Below, piece by piece: positions 1 to 12,429 of a stretch of DNA of 64,000 nucleotides. The stretch's first letter is position 1. Each line of letters starts with the position of its first letter. The notes under the pieces were generated by a model, which had not been told where the DNA came from, did not search any database, and saw nothing but the letters and a program-made list of their open reading frames with translations. The DNA is from Octopus sinensis. Taxonomy: Eukaryota. A program made the translations under genes and the position numbers. The DNA lies in assembly GCF_006345805.1 (NCBI RefSeq), contig NC_043003.1, positions 62,434,001 to 62,498,000 on the forward strand, written 5' to 3'.

Positions 1-374
1 TAGAATATTGAAAAAGAATGACACTGCTTGTGTGACAGTGACACGCATTTACAACTACAATACAATGCTAAAACAAGGACACACACATATACACATACTT
101 TCATATGCACCTATATCTTCCTTTTCTTTTTGAATTTTACCTGTCTCCTGTTTCTGCAAAACAGTTTTGCTCGAAACATAAAACACCCTTTCTTTCCATC
201 GTTGAGTGTTTTATTAATACTTTGCGTGTATCATGTCCTCATGTCGTAGTTTTTTCTTGTCTTTTTTTTCCATTTTCTATATTAATTATATATATATACC
301 AGCATGAATCAGCTGACAGTTTGTTTGCTGAAGTTATAAACAAGAGCCATGAACTCTTGTAAAGATTCATTAGT

Positions 375-431
375 CTGGGGTGTTTTTGACTGATGAGACA
401 CAAAAATGTTAAAACACTAGGTATCCCACAG
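375..431 (+). ncRNA. Possible degenerate type I hammerhead
   Basis: CUGAUGA (390-396), then GAC-acaaaaau-GUU, then AAAA (expected GUC-GAAA), then CACUAGGU-A-UCCCACAG. Stem I forms only with a bulge. Confidence 0.3.
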
Positions 432-1885
432 TACCTTGTACAAATGAATCGAATGTGTTATGAACACACTTCATAATAAAAGATAGTTGTTCCCCTGTGA
501 CAAAATATAACAGGGATTAGCATATTCATATTTGAATCTATTGGAACATATCAAAAATAAATATCCAAGTCATCATATAGAGTCTCACTAGTCACTGTAC
601 CTGTGATAATTCATTTTATATTTTTATATAATATGCAATCAGATTTTCTTTTAATAAAGTAGTTGTTGATTTATCAGAAATATTTTAGTATCTGTTGGTG
701 TATAATGGTGATTTAAAGATGTATATCTGTGTAAATTCTCTTTTGGTTGGTTGAATTTCTTGATATTTTTGATTATTGCATATATTTTTAATTGATGTTA
801 TGTAAATGCTAATGTGATGCTATGCCAATGGGTATTATTGAAAATTCAAACAAATATGTTCCTTTCAATACAATCAACTAAACAAACGAGTTTTGTGTGC
901 AAGCAGATTTGAGAAGGCAACTGGATATCAAAGGCCTTAACCTATCAATACATGCAATTAAGATTACTATGTGGGAATAGACAGATAATGAAAATGCATA
1001 ATAGATGGTTGATGAAACAGTACCATAGGTTGGTGGGGGCAAATGAGTATGACAGGGTTTCTGTGTTAGTGTAGCAAATATTTAATGTGGCTTGGATGTG
1101 ATATCAACATGTGTAGTCAGGCATTGTAATACTCGCTCAATGTATGCTGGCATGGGGAAAATATCTAAAATACCAGTTGTGCTGTTTGCATGTATGTGCA
1201 TGTGCACATTTACACACACACACACACACACACTAAAGATATGCCAAGAGACCCAATATGGTACCAAAGGCTATGCACATGGTAGATCAGTTCAACACTC
1301 ACTTCCTATATCTGACGTGATCAGACAGTCTTCCTAACTTCTAATTGGCTAGAATGCAGAGTCTGTGTGCCATACATTGACTTGTAGCATTTGTTCGTGT
1401 CAGTGAAGTCACGCAGCTTTGTGGTTAGGGTATTCAACTCATGATTATAAAGTTATGAATTTGATTCCTGGTGGTGTATTGTGTCCTTAAGCAAGACACT
1501 TTCTCTTATATTGCTCCAGTTCACTCAGCTGGCAAAAATGAGTAGTACCTGTAATTCAAAGGACCAGCCTTGTCACATTCTGTGTCACAGTGAATCTTCC
1601 TGAGAACTATGTTAATGGTATGTGTACCTGTGGAGTGCACTGCTCCTTGCATGTTAATTTCACAAGCAGGTCCCATTTCATTGATAGAATCAACTGAAAT
1701 ACTCATTGTTGTAAATGACAGAATGCCAGTTTTCTGTGTTCATGTCACTGGGTTTTATGCTCACATTATTGATGTCTGCTAATCTTATGAAGCACGTTAT
1801 ACAAAACATTAATACTAACTTCATTTTCTGTGTTCCTTTTACACACACACATACACAAACAAATACATACATGCTTATATATATG

Positions 1886-3410
1886 CATCATCATTGACGT
1901 CGTTTAACATCTACTCTTCATGCTGGAATGGGTTGGATGGTTTGACTGAGAACTGGCAAGCCAGAAGGCTGTACCAGACTCCAATTTGATCTGGCAAAGT
2001 TTCTACAGTTGGATGCCCTTCCTAACACCAACCACTTCGAGAGTGTTGTGGGTAATTTTTATGTTCCACCAGCATGAAGGTCAGTCAGGTGGTATTGGCA
2101 TTGACCATGCTTGAATGGTGCTTTTTATGTGCCACAAGCATGGGAGCCAGTCAGGCAGCATAGGTATTGGCATCGATCATGCTTGAATAGTGCTTTTTAT
2201 GTGCCACTGGCACAGGTGCCAGTCAGGTGGTACTGGCATCACCCACAACAATGACAAGGTCTTCGCATGAACATTTTATTGCTCAATGATGGAAGGGTAC
2301 TCTTAAATGGGCCAGTTATGCTGCACTGGCAAAGGCCATGGTTACAGTCTCGCTTGGCTTGCCAGGTCTTCTCAAGCACAGCATATCTCCAAAGGTCTCG
2401 ATCACTCATCATCACCTCCGTGAGCCCCAATGTTTGAAGGTTGTGCTTCACCACCTCATCCCAGGTCTTCCTGGGTCTACCTCTTCCGCATATTCCCTCT
2501 ACTGCCAGGGTGTGACACTTTTTCACACAACTGTCCTTATCCATACTCAACACATGACCATACCAGTGCAGTCGTCTCTCTTGCACACCACATCTGATGC
2601 TTCTTAGGTCTAACTTTTCTCTCAAGGAGCTTACACTCTGTCATGTATGCACACTGACATTACATATCCAGTGGAGCATACTGGCTTCATTTCTTGCAAG
2701 CTTACACATGTCCTCAACTGTCATGTAGCATGGCTGTTGGCACACATGCATCATACAGTCTACCTTTTTCTTTGAGCAAGAGGCCCTTTGTCACCAGCAG
2801 AGGTAGGAGCTCTCTGAACTTTGTCCAGCCTATTCTTATTCTAGCAGCTATGCTGACTTGGTCACCTGGGTAACAGAAGCTATCAATATTTCTAGTTTTT
2901 TCCCTTGGCATGTGACAGAAGCTGTTTTCAGCACATTTTCAGTGTTTATTGCCCCTGAGCATTTGCCCCACACAAAAAGTATCTTCCCAGTTAGCCTTCC
3001 TTACACCTATATTGTTTGCCTGTAAGGAACCTAGAAGAACTTTACTTCTTGGATGCAGCACAAATCTACACATCTCCATTCAAGCATCTCAACAATCTCA
3101 CCACACCTATCTTTCAATGTGCCAATATTTAGTGTGCCAATTCTGAGGGTGTGGAAGGTGGGACTCACAAGGCCCTGGGATGGGGGACAGCAGCATTATG
3201 TAGAACTCATAAACACCCAATAGCCTTCAACCTGCACACACTACACCATCATTGTATGTGCTACATAATCACTACAATACAAAGGAGATAAACCCTAAGT
3301 AAGGATGGGGGAACATTAAGCCTTTGGAGGTGTTCATGGAAAATATATATAATAGAGAACAGAGGATCGCACCACAAAACAGCAAAAAATTCAGGCTACC
3401 AGTGTGAAAA
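1886..3410 (-). mobile_element. RTE-clade LINE with an internal deletion (5' end and endonuclease start joined to ORF2 C-terminus, 3' UTR and (GAT)n tail)
   Basis: RIGTLNIGTLKDRCGEIVEMLEWRCVDLCCIQEV (APE start, about 3050-3145) is joined near 3000 to GRLTGKILFV, then QERRLHWYGHV..GRGRPRKTW (2239-2625) and a tail ending ttaaacgac..gatgatg. Confidence 0.85.
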
Positions 3411-4517
3411 GATAGTAATAATAATGATAAGATAGAATTGGGCATATGCATTCTTAACTAAAGCTATAACCAACAGTTTTTGGTCAGCCAAACTGTGACA
3501 AAATTAGATAAATGAATGAATAAAGGACAATAACAAATGAGCGTGAAAGAGAGGGAGAAGGGAGAAAGAGGGAGAGTTGGATCGAGCATAGGGATCTTAA
3601 ATTTTTTCTCTAAACATATGGCATAAAGATGAAACTGTGTTTACATAGGTAATGAACTAGATAGATACACACACACACACATATATATGTATGTATGTAT
3701 GTTTGTATATATGCACAACAACCTTTGTTCAGTTTCCACCCACCACATCCACTCAGAAGTGTTTGGTCGGCCTGAAGCTATAGTAGAAGATACTTGCTTA
3801 ATGGGTAAAAGTGTCATGCAGTGGGATTGAACCCAGAACTGTGCAGTTGTGAAGCAAGTTGTTAAGAAGTTCCCCTCAAAATTGTGGAGGCTGGGTTCAA
3901 TCTTGTTACTTCATTGAGGTCAAATGTCATATACCATTGCCCCAAGTTGACAGAACCCATGTAAGTAAAATTGGAGAGATAGAAAATGTGTGAAAGACTG
4001 TTGGGTGGACACAGTGCATTCAAATTCAAAGTGGCAGCTTTAGCAGCTACTGCCTGGTGATTATGTTAAGTACACAAGTGTCTGTGGAATTCTCAGTCAA
4101 TTACATGATAATTCAATAACGAAGCAGTTCATTAAACAACTAGAATACTTATCCTTAAAACCAGTAGCGGATTCATTAAGCTTTGTATGTGTGTGTGTGT
4201 TTGTGTGTGAGCATGCAGAATGAAAGACATTGCTGTCTCTGTTAATGTATCAATAATATGTGTGTAGATAGGAACAGAATTCACTGTATCAGTAAAAGGA
4301 AGCATACAGCAGGGGCTACTAAGTCATTTGATTGTGATGTAACTCATTTCATGCACATAAGATATAATGGATTAAAACTGACATCCTGATTATTAGAAAC
4401 CAGAGAAAATACATTAGCATGTGATTTCATGTTTGATCCTACTGCCTAGTGCCTTGAGTAAGTGGCTATCAATACTTCTTAAGTGAATTTGGCACATTGA
4501 GATTTCAGGAAGCTCAT

Positions 4518-5748
4518 CATATACATTGTGTGTATATCATCATCATCGTTGTCGTCGTTTAATGTCCGCTTTCCATGCTGGCATGGGTTGGATGGTTTGA
4601 CTGAGAACTGGTACGCCAAGAATCTGCACCAGGCTCCAGTCTGGTTTGGCAAGGTTTCTACAGCTGGATGCTCTTCCTAATGCCAACCACTCTGAGAGTG
4701 GAGTGTAGTGGGTGCATTTTAAATGCCACCGGCATGGGTGCCAATCAGGCAGCACTGGCATCAGCCCCGACTATGGTTTCACTCAGTTTAACAGGGCTTC
4801 ACAAGCATGGCATATCACCCAACAATCAAAGGGTGCTTTTAAACAGGCCAGTTATACAACACTGGCATTGGCTGATCTCACCAGGCTTGCTGGATCTTCT
4901 CAAGTATGGCATTTCTTCAAAGGTCTCAGTCGCTTGTCATTGCCTCTACGATGCCTTTACCATCTCATCTCATGTTGGTAACATAAGGTCTACCTCTTCC
5001 ACTGGTTCCCTCCACTGTTAGGGTATGACATTTCTTCACACAGCTGTCCTCATCCATATGCATCACATGATTATACCAATACAGTCATCTCTCTTGCACA
5101 CCACATCTGATGCTTCTTATGTCCAACTTTTCTCTCAGGATGCGTACACTCTGTCATTCATGCACACTGACATTACACATTAAATGGAGCCTACTAGCTT
5201 CATTTATTACAAGCCTAAGCATGTCCTAAGCAGTCACAGCCCATGTTTCACTGCTGTGTAGCATGGCTGTTGTCATACATGTATTATACAGTCTACCTTT
5301 CACTCTGAGAAAGAGGCCCTTTGTTACCAACAGGGGTAGGAGCTCTCTGAACTTTGCCAAGCCTATTCTTATTCTAGCAGCTACGCTCTCAGAGCATCCA
5401 CTCCTGCTACTGAGTTGTCCACTAGGTAATTGAAGCTATCAACTACTTCTAGATTTGCCCCGTAGCATGTGATAGAATGTATTTTGTGTACATTTTAGGT
5501 GTTTATTGCACCTGTGCATCTTCCACACACAAAAAGTATCTTTCCAGTTAACCTTCCTTTGATATTGCTGTACCTCTTATGTATCCATAGCTTACACAAG
5601 GTAAATACTATGGAGTTTCTACCTATGCCTTTTCTTCAGATTGAGCAAGGCTACCTACCTGAAGAGATTTGTGATTTGTCTGCCTTCCTACTTACTAAAA
5701 CTTTAAATTTTGCTAGGTTAACTCTAAGCCCCGTTGATTCTAGACCAC
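4518..5748 (-). mobile_element. 5'-truncated RTE-clade LINE, same family as 1886-3410
   Basis: GLRVNLAKFKVLV, a PHD-like Cys/His segment and the same 3' UTR/(GAT)n tail; clear nucleotide similarity to 2500-3000. Confidence 0.9.
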
Positions 5749-6002
5749 ACATATATGTGTATGTGTATGTGTGGTGTATACACACACACACACACAAACA
5801 CACATATTTATAAATGATACAGTATATTATGCTACAGCCCACTGCAGATTGTATAGATTCCTTGTGGTGGGAGCATGCAACTGTGGAAGTTAATTAAGAC
5901 TATACATAAGAGCCAAAACGTGAATGGTAAAATTGTTGCACACTGAGCATATCCATTCCTACTATACGTACATACATACATACATACATACATACACATA
6001 TA

Positions 6003-6160
6003 TCATCATCATTATCATCATTGTTTAACGTCCACTTTCCATACTGGCATGGGTTGGATAGTTTGACTGAGGACTGGCAAGCTAGGAGGCTGTACCAGGC
6101 TCCAATCTGATCTGGCAAGGTTTCTACAGCTGGATGCCCTTTCTAACATCAATTGCTTTG
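6003..6160 (-). mobile_element. RTE 3'-tail fragment (other copies at about 8565-8795 +, 13140-13290 +, 15325-15545 +, 27640-27900 +, 36110-36220 -, 38170-38250 +)
   Basis: Shared catcatc..gtttaacgtcc..tttccat.ctggcatgggttgga...tttctacagctggatgccctt motif. Confidence 0.8.
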
Positions 6161-6189
6161 AGATATATATATATATTTATAGTCATTTG

Positions 6190-6700
6190 CGAATCCATAA
6201 GTTAGGAAAAATATGCACTCATATACTTGTTGATTGACAGTTGATCTTACAATATAGATTGTCCTTCAATGAACCAGACAGATAGATGTAGGACCACACC
6301 AGATCATGGCCATAGAGTGGATGGGGAACCACTGATTTGGCCACTTTGCCGACTGCATCATTGGTTGCCAAAAATGAGTCTGGCAATGCATAGACAAGGT
6401 GAACATGGATAGTCTTCAGAGTTTTGTTCAAGCTCTCTCTCATAATGACTTTTCTAAGCATTTTTAGCATTTCAATATACTGCTCACTGTTAATAATACA
6501 GCTACGTTTTGGAAAATCAAGGATAATGAGGCCCTTATCATCTTTCAAAACAATCATCATGACTTGTTGTGCCAATCTCTAGCACTTGAACTTCTTAGGC
6601 CTTGATGAAGAGGTGTAATGCCATTTTATAGACTGAGCTTTTATTTTTTAGCTCTTCAAAATATGCCCTGATTTTATCCCTTGTCACTACATGATAAAGA
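6190..6700 (-). mobile_element. Decayed mariner transposase fragment
   Basis: QVMMIVLKDDKGLIILDF...INSEQYIEMLKML...VPHPLYGHDLVWSYIYL.GSLKD corresponds to the WD.KG..LDF / INSE.Y / HPPYSPDLAPSDY motifs. Confidence 0.7.
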
Positions 6701-6778
6701 ATGTAAGTTCACTGATTTCAAATACCTCAAGTAGATCAGAAAAGACTTCCACCTTTCTCTCCTTCAAAACAAGTATCA

Positions 6779-6900
6779 ACTATCAAGGTACTTAAGTGAG
6801 GATTAATAAGATATTAATCTATTACTATCAAGGTACTAAGTGAGGATTAATAGATATTAATCTAGTACTATCAAGGTACTAAATGAGGATTAATAGATAT
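6779..6900. repeat. 43-45-bp minisatellite, about 2.8 copies, each unit containing a small palindrome
   Basis: Unit actatcaaggtactaagtgaggattaatagatattaatctagt; GATTAAT-agat-ATTAATC inverted repeat. Confidence 0.9.
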
Positions 6901-9900
6901 GTGATGAACATTTCAACTGCTTCACTAAGTAAGCTCTTATCACCCAGTCATGTACAATGGAAAGCTAACCATTGGGGAAGTTCTTTGAGCCACCACCTCT
7001 CATTGACAGAAACAGTTTTCCTGGCTGTTTTGTGTGCATTTATACACACACATATACACACACATGTGTGCACATACACTTCGTTGCATCTTGCAATTCT
7101 CAAAGTGTAATTTTTTCCCAGACATATAGAAAAGAAGTTTTGAACATTTTTAATGAAGTCCAATATGTTACTGGAAATGTTTATTGGTGAAAAATAACCC
7201 TTTAGACAATAAGACACTCACACTAAAGACTGAGTATCTGTTGCAAATACAGCTGAATAAGCTGAATAGAAATTACATTATGTAAATTAAGGTCAAATTC
7301 CGAGGAGCTTAAAACATAAGAATCTTTATGAATTAGACGTAATTATATTACAGTTTTTCAAATATTTGTTGCAGTAGAATTCATGAGATAAAATTTGAAA
7401 CTATTTCATTTGAACTTATCTGAAATAACAGTCCACATAGAATTGAGGAGCAATAGTAATGCAGTCCTTGCCAACTCATGTCTGTGTAAAAAGCAGATGA
7501 TGATGATGATGATGATGACGACGACGACGACTACAACCATGTCCATGTTTATGGAGATGACAGTGAGGATAATGACTTAATAAACTAATAGTGTTTTCTG
7601 TATTTTTGAAATGTAGTTGCCTATACTGGTATTAAATTTTTTAACATAATTTACACAAAGAATCAATCAGAATAGCAATTTGGTTCAAAGAATTTTAAAA
7701 ATGAAAATTTATGATTATTGATTGATTTACACTTAATTGGTATAGTGATCAATGTTTATGCAAGGTTACGATCTAGAATCAGATTAGTTTGAAAGTCAGG
7801 TTCCCACTGACAAAACAACATTAGAAATCTAATTCAATAAATTACTTATTAACAATTGCCACAAGCACAAACTTGCAAATGTGATGAAAGTTTAATTGCA
7901 AGTTTATTTTCTCGAGCCTTAAAATTAGATTTTTAATTTATTGTTTGATTATTTCTTGCTATAATCTTTATGTTGTCTGAAAAATTACAATTCTGAACTA
8001 GTTGTATACAGCTTGAACAAGAAAATACCTTAGCTAGAAAATTAATCTAATTAAAGTATTATAAATACTCTAGATATCATACTACATCCTCATCAGTGAT
8101 CTCTACTCCTCTCTTCTGCAACTATTTAAGAGCTAACAACAATTGGTTCCAAAATGTAGGTTGAGAAAATTCTATCAAATTATATATTTAGAATTTAGGG
8201 TTTATATAATTATAAATTGTGATTTTGCTTTTTTAAAGGATTCACAAATTAATCATAACAAACTGCATTTCTAAAATGTTAATGTAACCGACATTTTCTA
8301 TCTTATCTCTCATAACTTATTCTCTTTTATGAACTTTTATTTTCTTTATATCATTATCATCAAAGTGTTAATGTCCATTTTGTCATGAGTTGGATAATAC
8401 AGTATAACACCAATTATCTATGTCTTTCATCTTCCCTTCTGTGAAGCCTAGCATTCTGTTTATCTGAACTCCAACTTCTAACATCTTACTCAAACGTTCT
8501 CTTTCACAGGAATCATCTTCTGAAAGTATGTGACGCTTTTTCTTTCAGCATTCATTGTTTATTCACGCCAGTGCCCCCTTACTGGCTCCTGTGCTGGTGG
8601 CACATAAAAAGCACCATGTGAATATGGTCGATGCCAGCACCCCCTGACTGGCCCCCATGCCGGTAACACGTGAAAAGCACCATCCAAACATGGTCAATGC
8701 CAGTGGCCCCCGACAAGCACCCGTGCTGGTGGCATGTAAAATGCACCCACTACACTCTCAGAGTGGTTGGCGTTAGGAAGGGCATCCAGCATGGCTGCAG
8801 TCAAATGACTGAAACAAGTAAACAAACAAATCAATTGCACTCAATACACATTAAGTTCCTACAAAATTCTGTATTGCATATTGAGCAGAATCACTTGCCA
8901 AATGGCACTGGAATTTCATAGTTGCTTCTTACTAACTGGCACTTTGCTGATCTTTAAGCTTTTAGATTCTAGTCTCTATTTCTAGGTTTGAAATATTTGA
9001 ATGATGTTGCTATGAGATCTCATGTATAAAGGTTTCTGAGTGCGACATGTTCTGAACATATATGTCCTAGTCTCAAAAACTGTCAGATTTTCAAGGGCTG
9101 GAAACAGTTTTGGTGCTCACTTAACTCTACATTGCATTTCTCCCTGAACTCCCTCCAAGTTTAAAATTTACTTATAGAACTATTATGCATAGCATGTATG
9201 GCTTTAGCATGTCATTAAGCTACATTCAACTTCCTCAGCATCCACCAGGCAGCAGAGTGAAAAACCTTATCAATGCTCTCTTTCATATAAACAAACAAAA
9301 ACTAGAAGTTTCTTCTTAGCCAAGGATTTTACTTGCAGTTGTGTCAACATAGATATGGCATCCATAGTTCTGTGAAATGGCATGATTGCCAAATTAAATA
9401 ATAGGGATTTGGATCATCCCTTATCAACCATAAGTCATTTCAAGGACTATACTGTCACACATACATGCATATGCACTCACACATATATATGTTTATATAT
9501 AGATGCATACAAATGGGTACTTACACTTGTATATGCACACAGATATACGCACATGTCTTCATATTCCTAAATGCATTCACTTGCATAATTAGAAAATAAA
9601 ATAAGCTACAGAAAGTACCTCAAATGCATCAATGGCATAAATTTGTATAAATAGGTTAAGGAGTGATGTATTAAATGTCCTATACAAAAATATTCTTAAT
9701 TGAATTTCCCCTCTTAATTCAATTAACCAAGTGCTTTATGTCAACAATTCCCAAAGAAAAGAGGTGGAGACTTCAAGAAATTAGAATTACTCAAACATAA
9801 TTTACATGGCTAAAACGCAGTCTGATCTTTATTTGCAGGTGAGGGACAACCAGAGCTGTTTCAGTATATTTGACCTTATCATCTTTTCATAATAATACTA

Positions 9901-10499
9901 TTGGCCTATTTTGATTATTTCTCTTATCTCATTATATATTTTGATTATACGTACTTACAAAAATGTATCTTTATCTTTTGCTCTGTACATAAAATTTTCA
10001 CCAACTCATCAAAGTAAGCTTGCATAGACTTTATTATACAGATGGTTTTAAGAGACTGAAACATGCCCATGTTTTCTCTTGCCAGCAAACAAAAATAAAA
10101 CTTTTCTCCAAGACATATAAATTAACTTTGAATTGAAATACTTCTAATTTCTCAAAATAGTCAACTTTTTCCTTTGGCAGTTCACAAGGAATTTCCATGA
10201 AAATTTGGTTTGTATTCTCAAGCAGTTATGATCTTCTAAGTTTTTTTTTTTTGTATATGACATCCAATATATAGCACCTTACCTTATTTACTTACATAAT
10301 TTTCGCCCATGCACACACACATACATGCATGTACACACACATACGTGCATGTACACACACACACAAAACTTAAAATCTGCATTTGTTTCCTTATGTGTGT
10401 ACAGACTAAAGTAGCTATTCAAACCCTTGATAACCAGCTAACAAGAATATCATTTATCCAGCTATGTAGTCCAATAGCAACCAGCAACAACAACATCCA

Positions 10500-11220
10500 G
10501 ACACCTACATAACTGAATCCGTCCATATAACGTCTGTAGCTCACTATATTCATACGTTTCAATACCCATATTCCACAGTGTAGATCCTAGTCACGGCACC
10601 ATTGATTATAATACCTACTGCCAAGCTTCCTGTTTCCTACATTGTATTAAAATCAAAAATATCCTACCCTAAACATATCTTCATCTTCCATGGTTATATA
10701 CTACAATATACTCAAACTACTTTCTCTCTCTCTCTTTCCTTCTCTTCCTTTCTTTAAGTGCCATGTCCAGAATGTAGGATATGGGCGATCATATCCTGTC
10801 ACAGTTCTCTGTTCCTTGTTTTCTGTTACAGTTCCACTCATGATGCTTATTGTCTCTTTTTCCCAAATATTTCATCAAGCTTGACATCCACGTCATCCGT
10901 TTCCTTCCTCTGCTTCTTTTCTCTTCAGTCTTTCCAGTCATCACTAAATTCTCCAGGCCCTCTTTCCTCATCACACGACCAAGAAATCTAGGTTGCTGGG
11001 CCCTTATCTCATAAGGCGGTTTCTTATTTACTGCATGGCCCTTATCTCATGAGACAGTTTCTTATTTACTACAGCCCAGGCCATCACTTCTTCATTAAAC
11101 ACTTTGTCCATGCTATCTTTTCTATTCTCCTTAAGAACCACATTTCACAGCTCTCCAAACACCTTCTCATTTCTGATGCTGTAGACCATGCCCCATTTCC
11201 ATACATTAACGCAAGGTAGA
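10500..11220 (-). mobile_element. Degenerate RTE/BovB-like LINE ORF2 3' part
   Basis: MRKEGLENLVMTGKTEEKRSRGRKRMTW matches the RTE C-terminal G(H)xMRxxxLE...GKxxGKRxRGR motif. Confidence 0.7.
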
Positions 11221-11678
11221 CTACTATGTTCTCATATTACTAAAGTGTTGACAGAAATGCTATAATATTTTAACACAAAAATTATTACAATAAGTTTATA
11301 ATCTAGTATGTTAATTGCTACATTACATATTTATCTATTTATATTTTATGAATTTTATATATTTTTATAAATTGATTCACTTATTTTCATATTTATTGCT
11401 TTCATGTATTTTTGTTTGTTGATTGTTTTTATATTGATTAATTAATTCATTTACTTTCCTGATTACACATTTAGGCATTCAAGATAATATTTCTATCATT
11501 ATAAAATTTCATCATTTTTTAAATGCTAAAATGATTATGAAATTGACAGTTTATCTTGTTTAGTACAAATTTTAACATATTGTCAATCAGATCTTAAATA
11601 GTTGTTAAATATTCATTCTTTACATTCTTTATTTGTTTGTTGCTAACTCATATAGATTCCTTACATACATACATACAT

Positions 11679-11748
11679 AATTTAAAAATAGGATAAATTC
11701 TTCATAAGAATTTATCAAGTAGTTAGCGTGAAAAACCTCATAAGAGAA
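11679..11748 (+). repeat. 70-bp direct copy of the foldback spacer (second copy at 12146-12216)
   Basis: aatttaaaaataggataaa..cttcataagaatttatcaagtagttagc.tgaaaaacctcataagagaa is present twice. Confidence 0.9.
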
Positions 11749-11921
11749 AAAAAAACATCAATTTTTTTCCTTTAAATTTATTTATTTATATTATATAGAG
11801 AGCACTATTACACATAGATGCCTCACGCTAGGAGGGATTCTTAAAGTCGAAACGACTAAAATAAATAAACACATCATACCGAAACAATTCTCGAAGCAGG
11901 TCATTTAAAAACAGAATTTAG

Positions 11922-11985
11922 CTGCATATCGCACTGTGATTTCGTAATCGATGCAGTTTTATGCCCATTTTACTCTTCAGTGCAA
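11922..11985 (-). ncRNA. Type I hammerhead ribozyme with intact core
   Basis: The minus strand reads UUGCA-CUGAAGA-GUAA(22 nt)UUAC-GAAA-UCACAGUGCGAU-A-UGCAG. Stem I is UUGCA/UGCAG, stem II closes GUAA/UUAC, stem III is AUC/GAU with a near-palindromic interior, and the triplet is AUA. Predicted cleavage is between 11927 and 11926. Confidence 0.8.
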
Positions 11986-12366
11986 GTATAATTCAAGATA
12001 TATTATGAATAAACAAAAACAACATACCAAGTGAACAGCTATCGTATCCAAGGCAGCATGTAGGAATGTTTACCCTTAAACATCTATGTAAATGGCGGGT
12101 TTTTCGAATTGCATTTCGGTAACAATGTAGTCCGGTTAAATTTACAATTTAAAAATAGGATAAAAATCTTCATAAGAATTTATCAAGTAGTTAGCATGAA
12201 AAACCTCATAAGAGAATAAGCACATTGTTACTGAAACGCAATTCGAAAAAGCCCGCCATTTACATATATGTGTAAGGGGTAAACATTCCTACATGCTGCC
12301 TTGGATACAATAGCTGTTCGCTTGGTATGTTGTTTTTGTTTATTCATTATATATCTTGAATTATGC

Positions 12367-12429
12367 TTGCACTGAAGAGTAAAAGGGTATAAAACTGCAC
12401 CGTTTACAAAATCACAGTGTGATATGCGG
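12367..12429 (+). ncRNA. Type I hammerhead ribozyme, probably inactive (G12A)
   Basis: Inverted twin of 11922-11985: UUGCA-CUGAAGA-GUAAA..UUUAC-AAAA-UCACAGUGUGAU-A-UGCGG. The GAAA box reads AAAA (G to A at 12408). Confidence 0.7.

Noticed and set aside
6779-6900. CRISPR-like array (palindromic repeats)
   Set aside because: The units are contiguous with no unique spacers, and the context is eukaryotic with no cas genes; it is a minisatellite.
10999-11074. Small tandem duplications (38 bp here; 18 bp at about 41718; about 28 bp at about 54522)
   Set aside because: Ordinary two-copy slippage events with no further structure.
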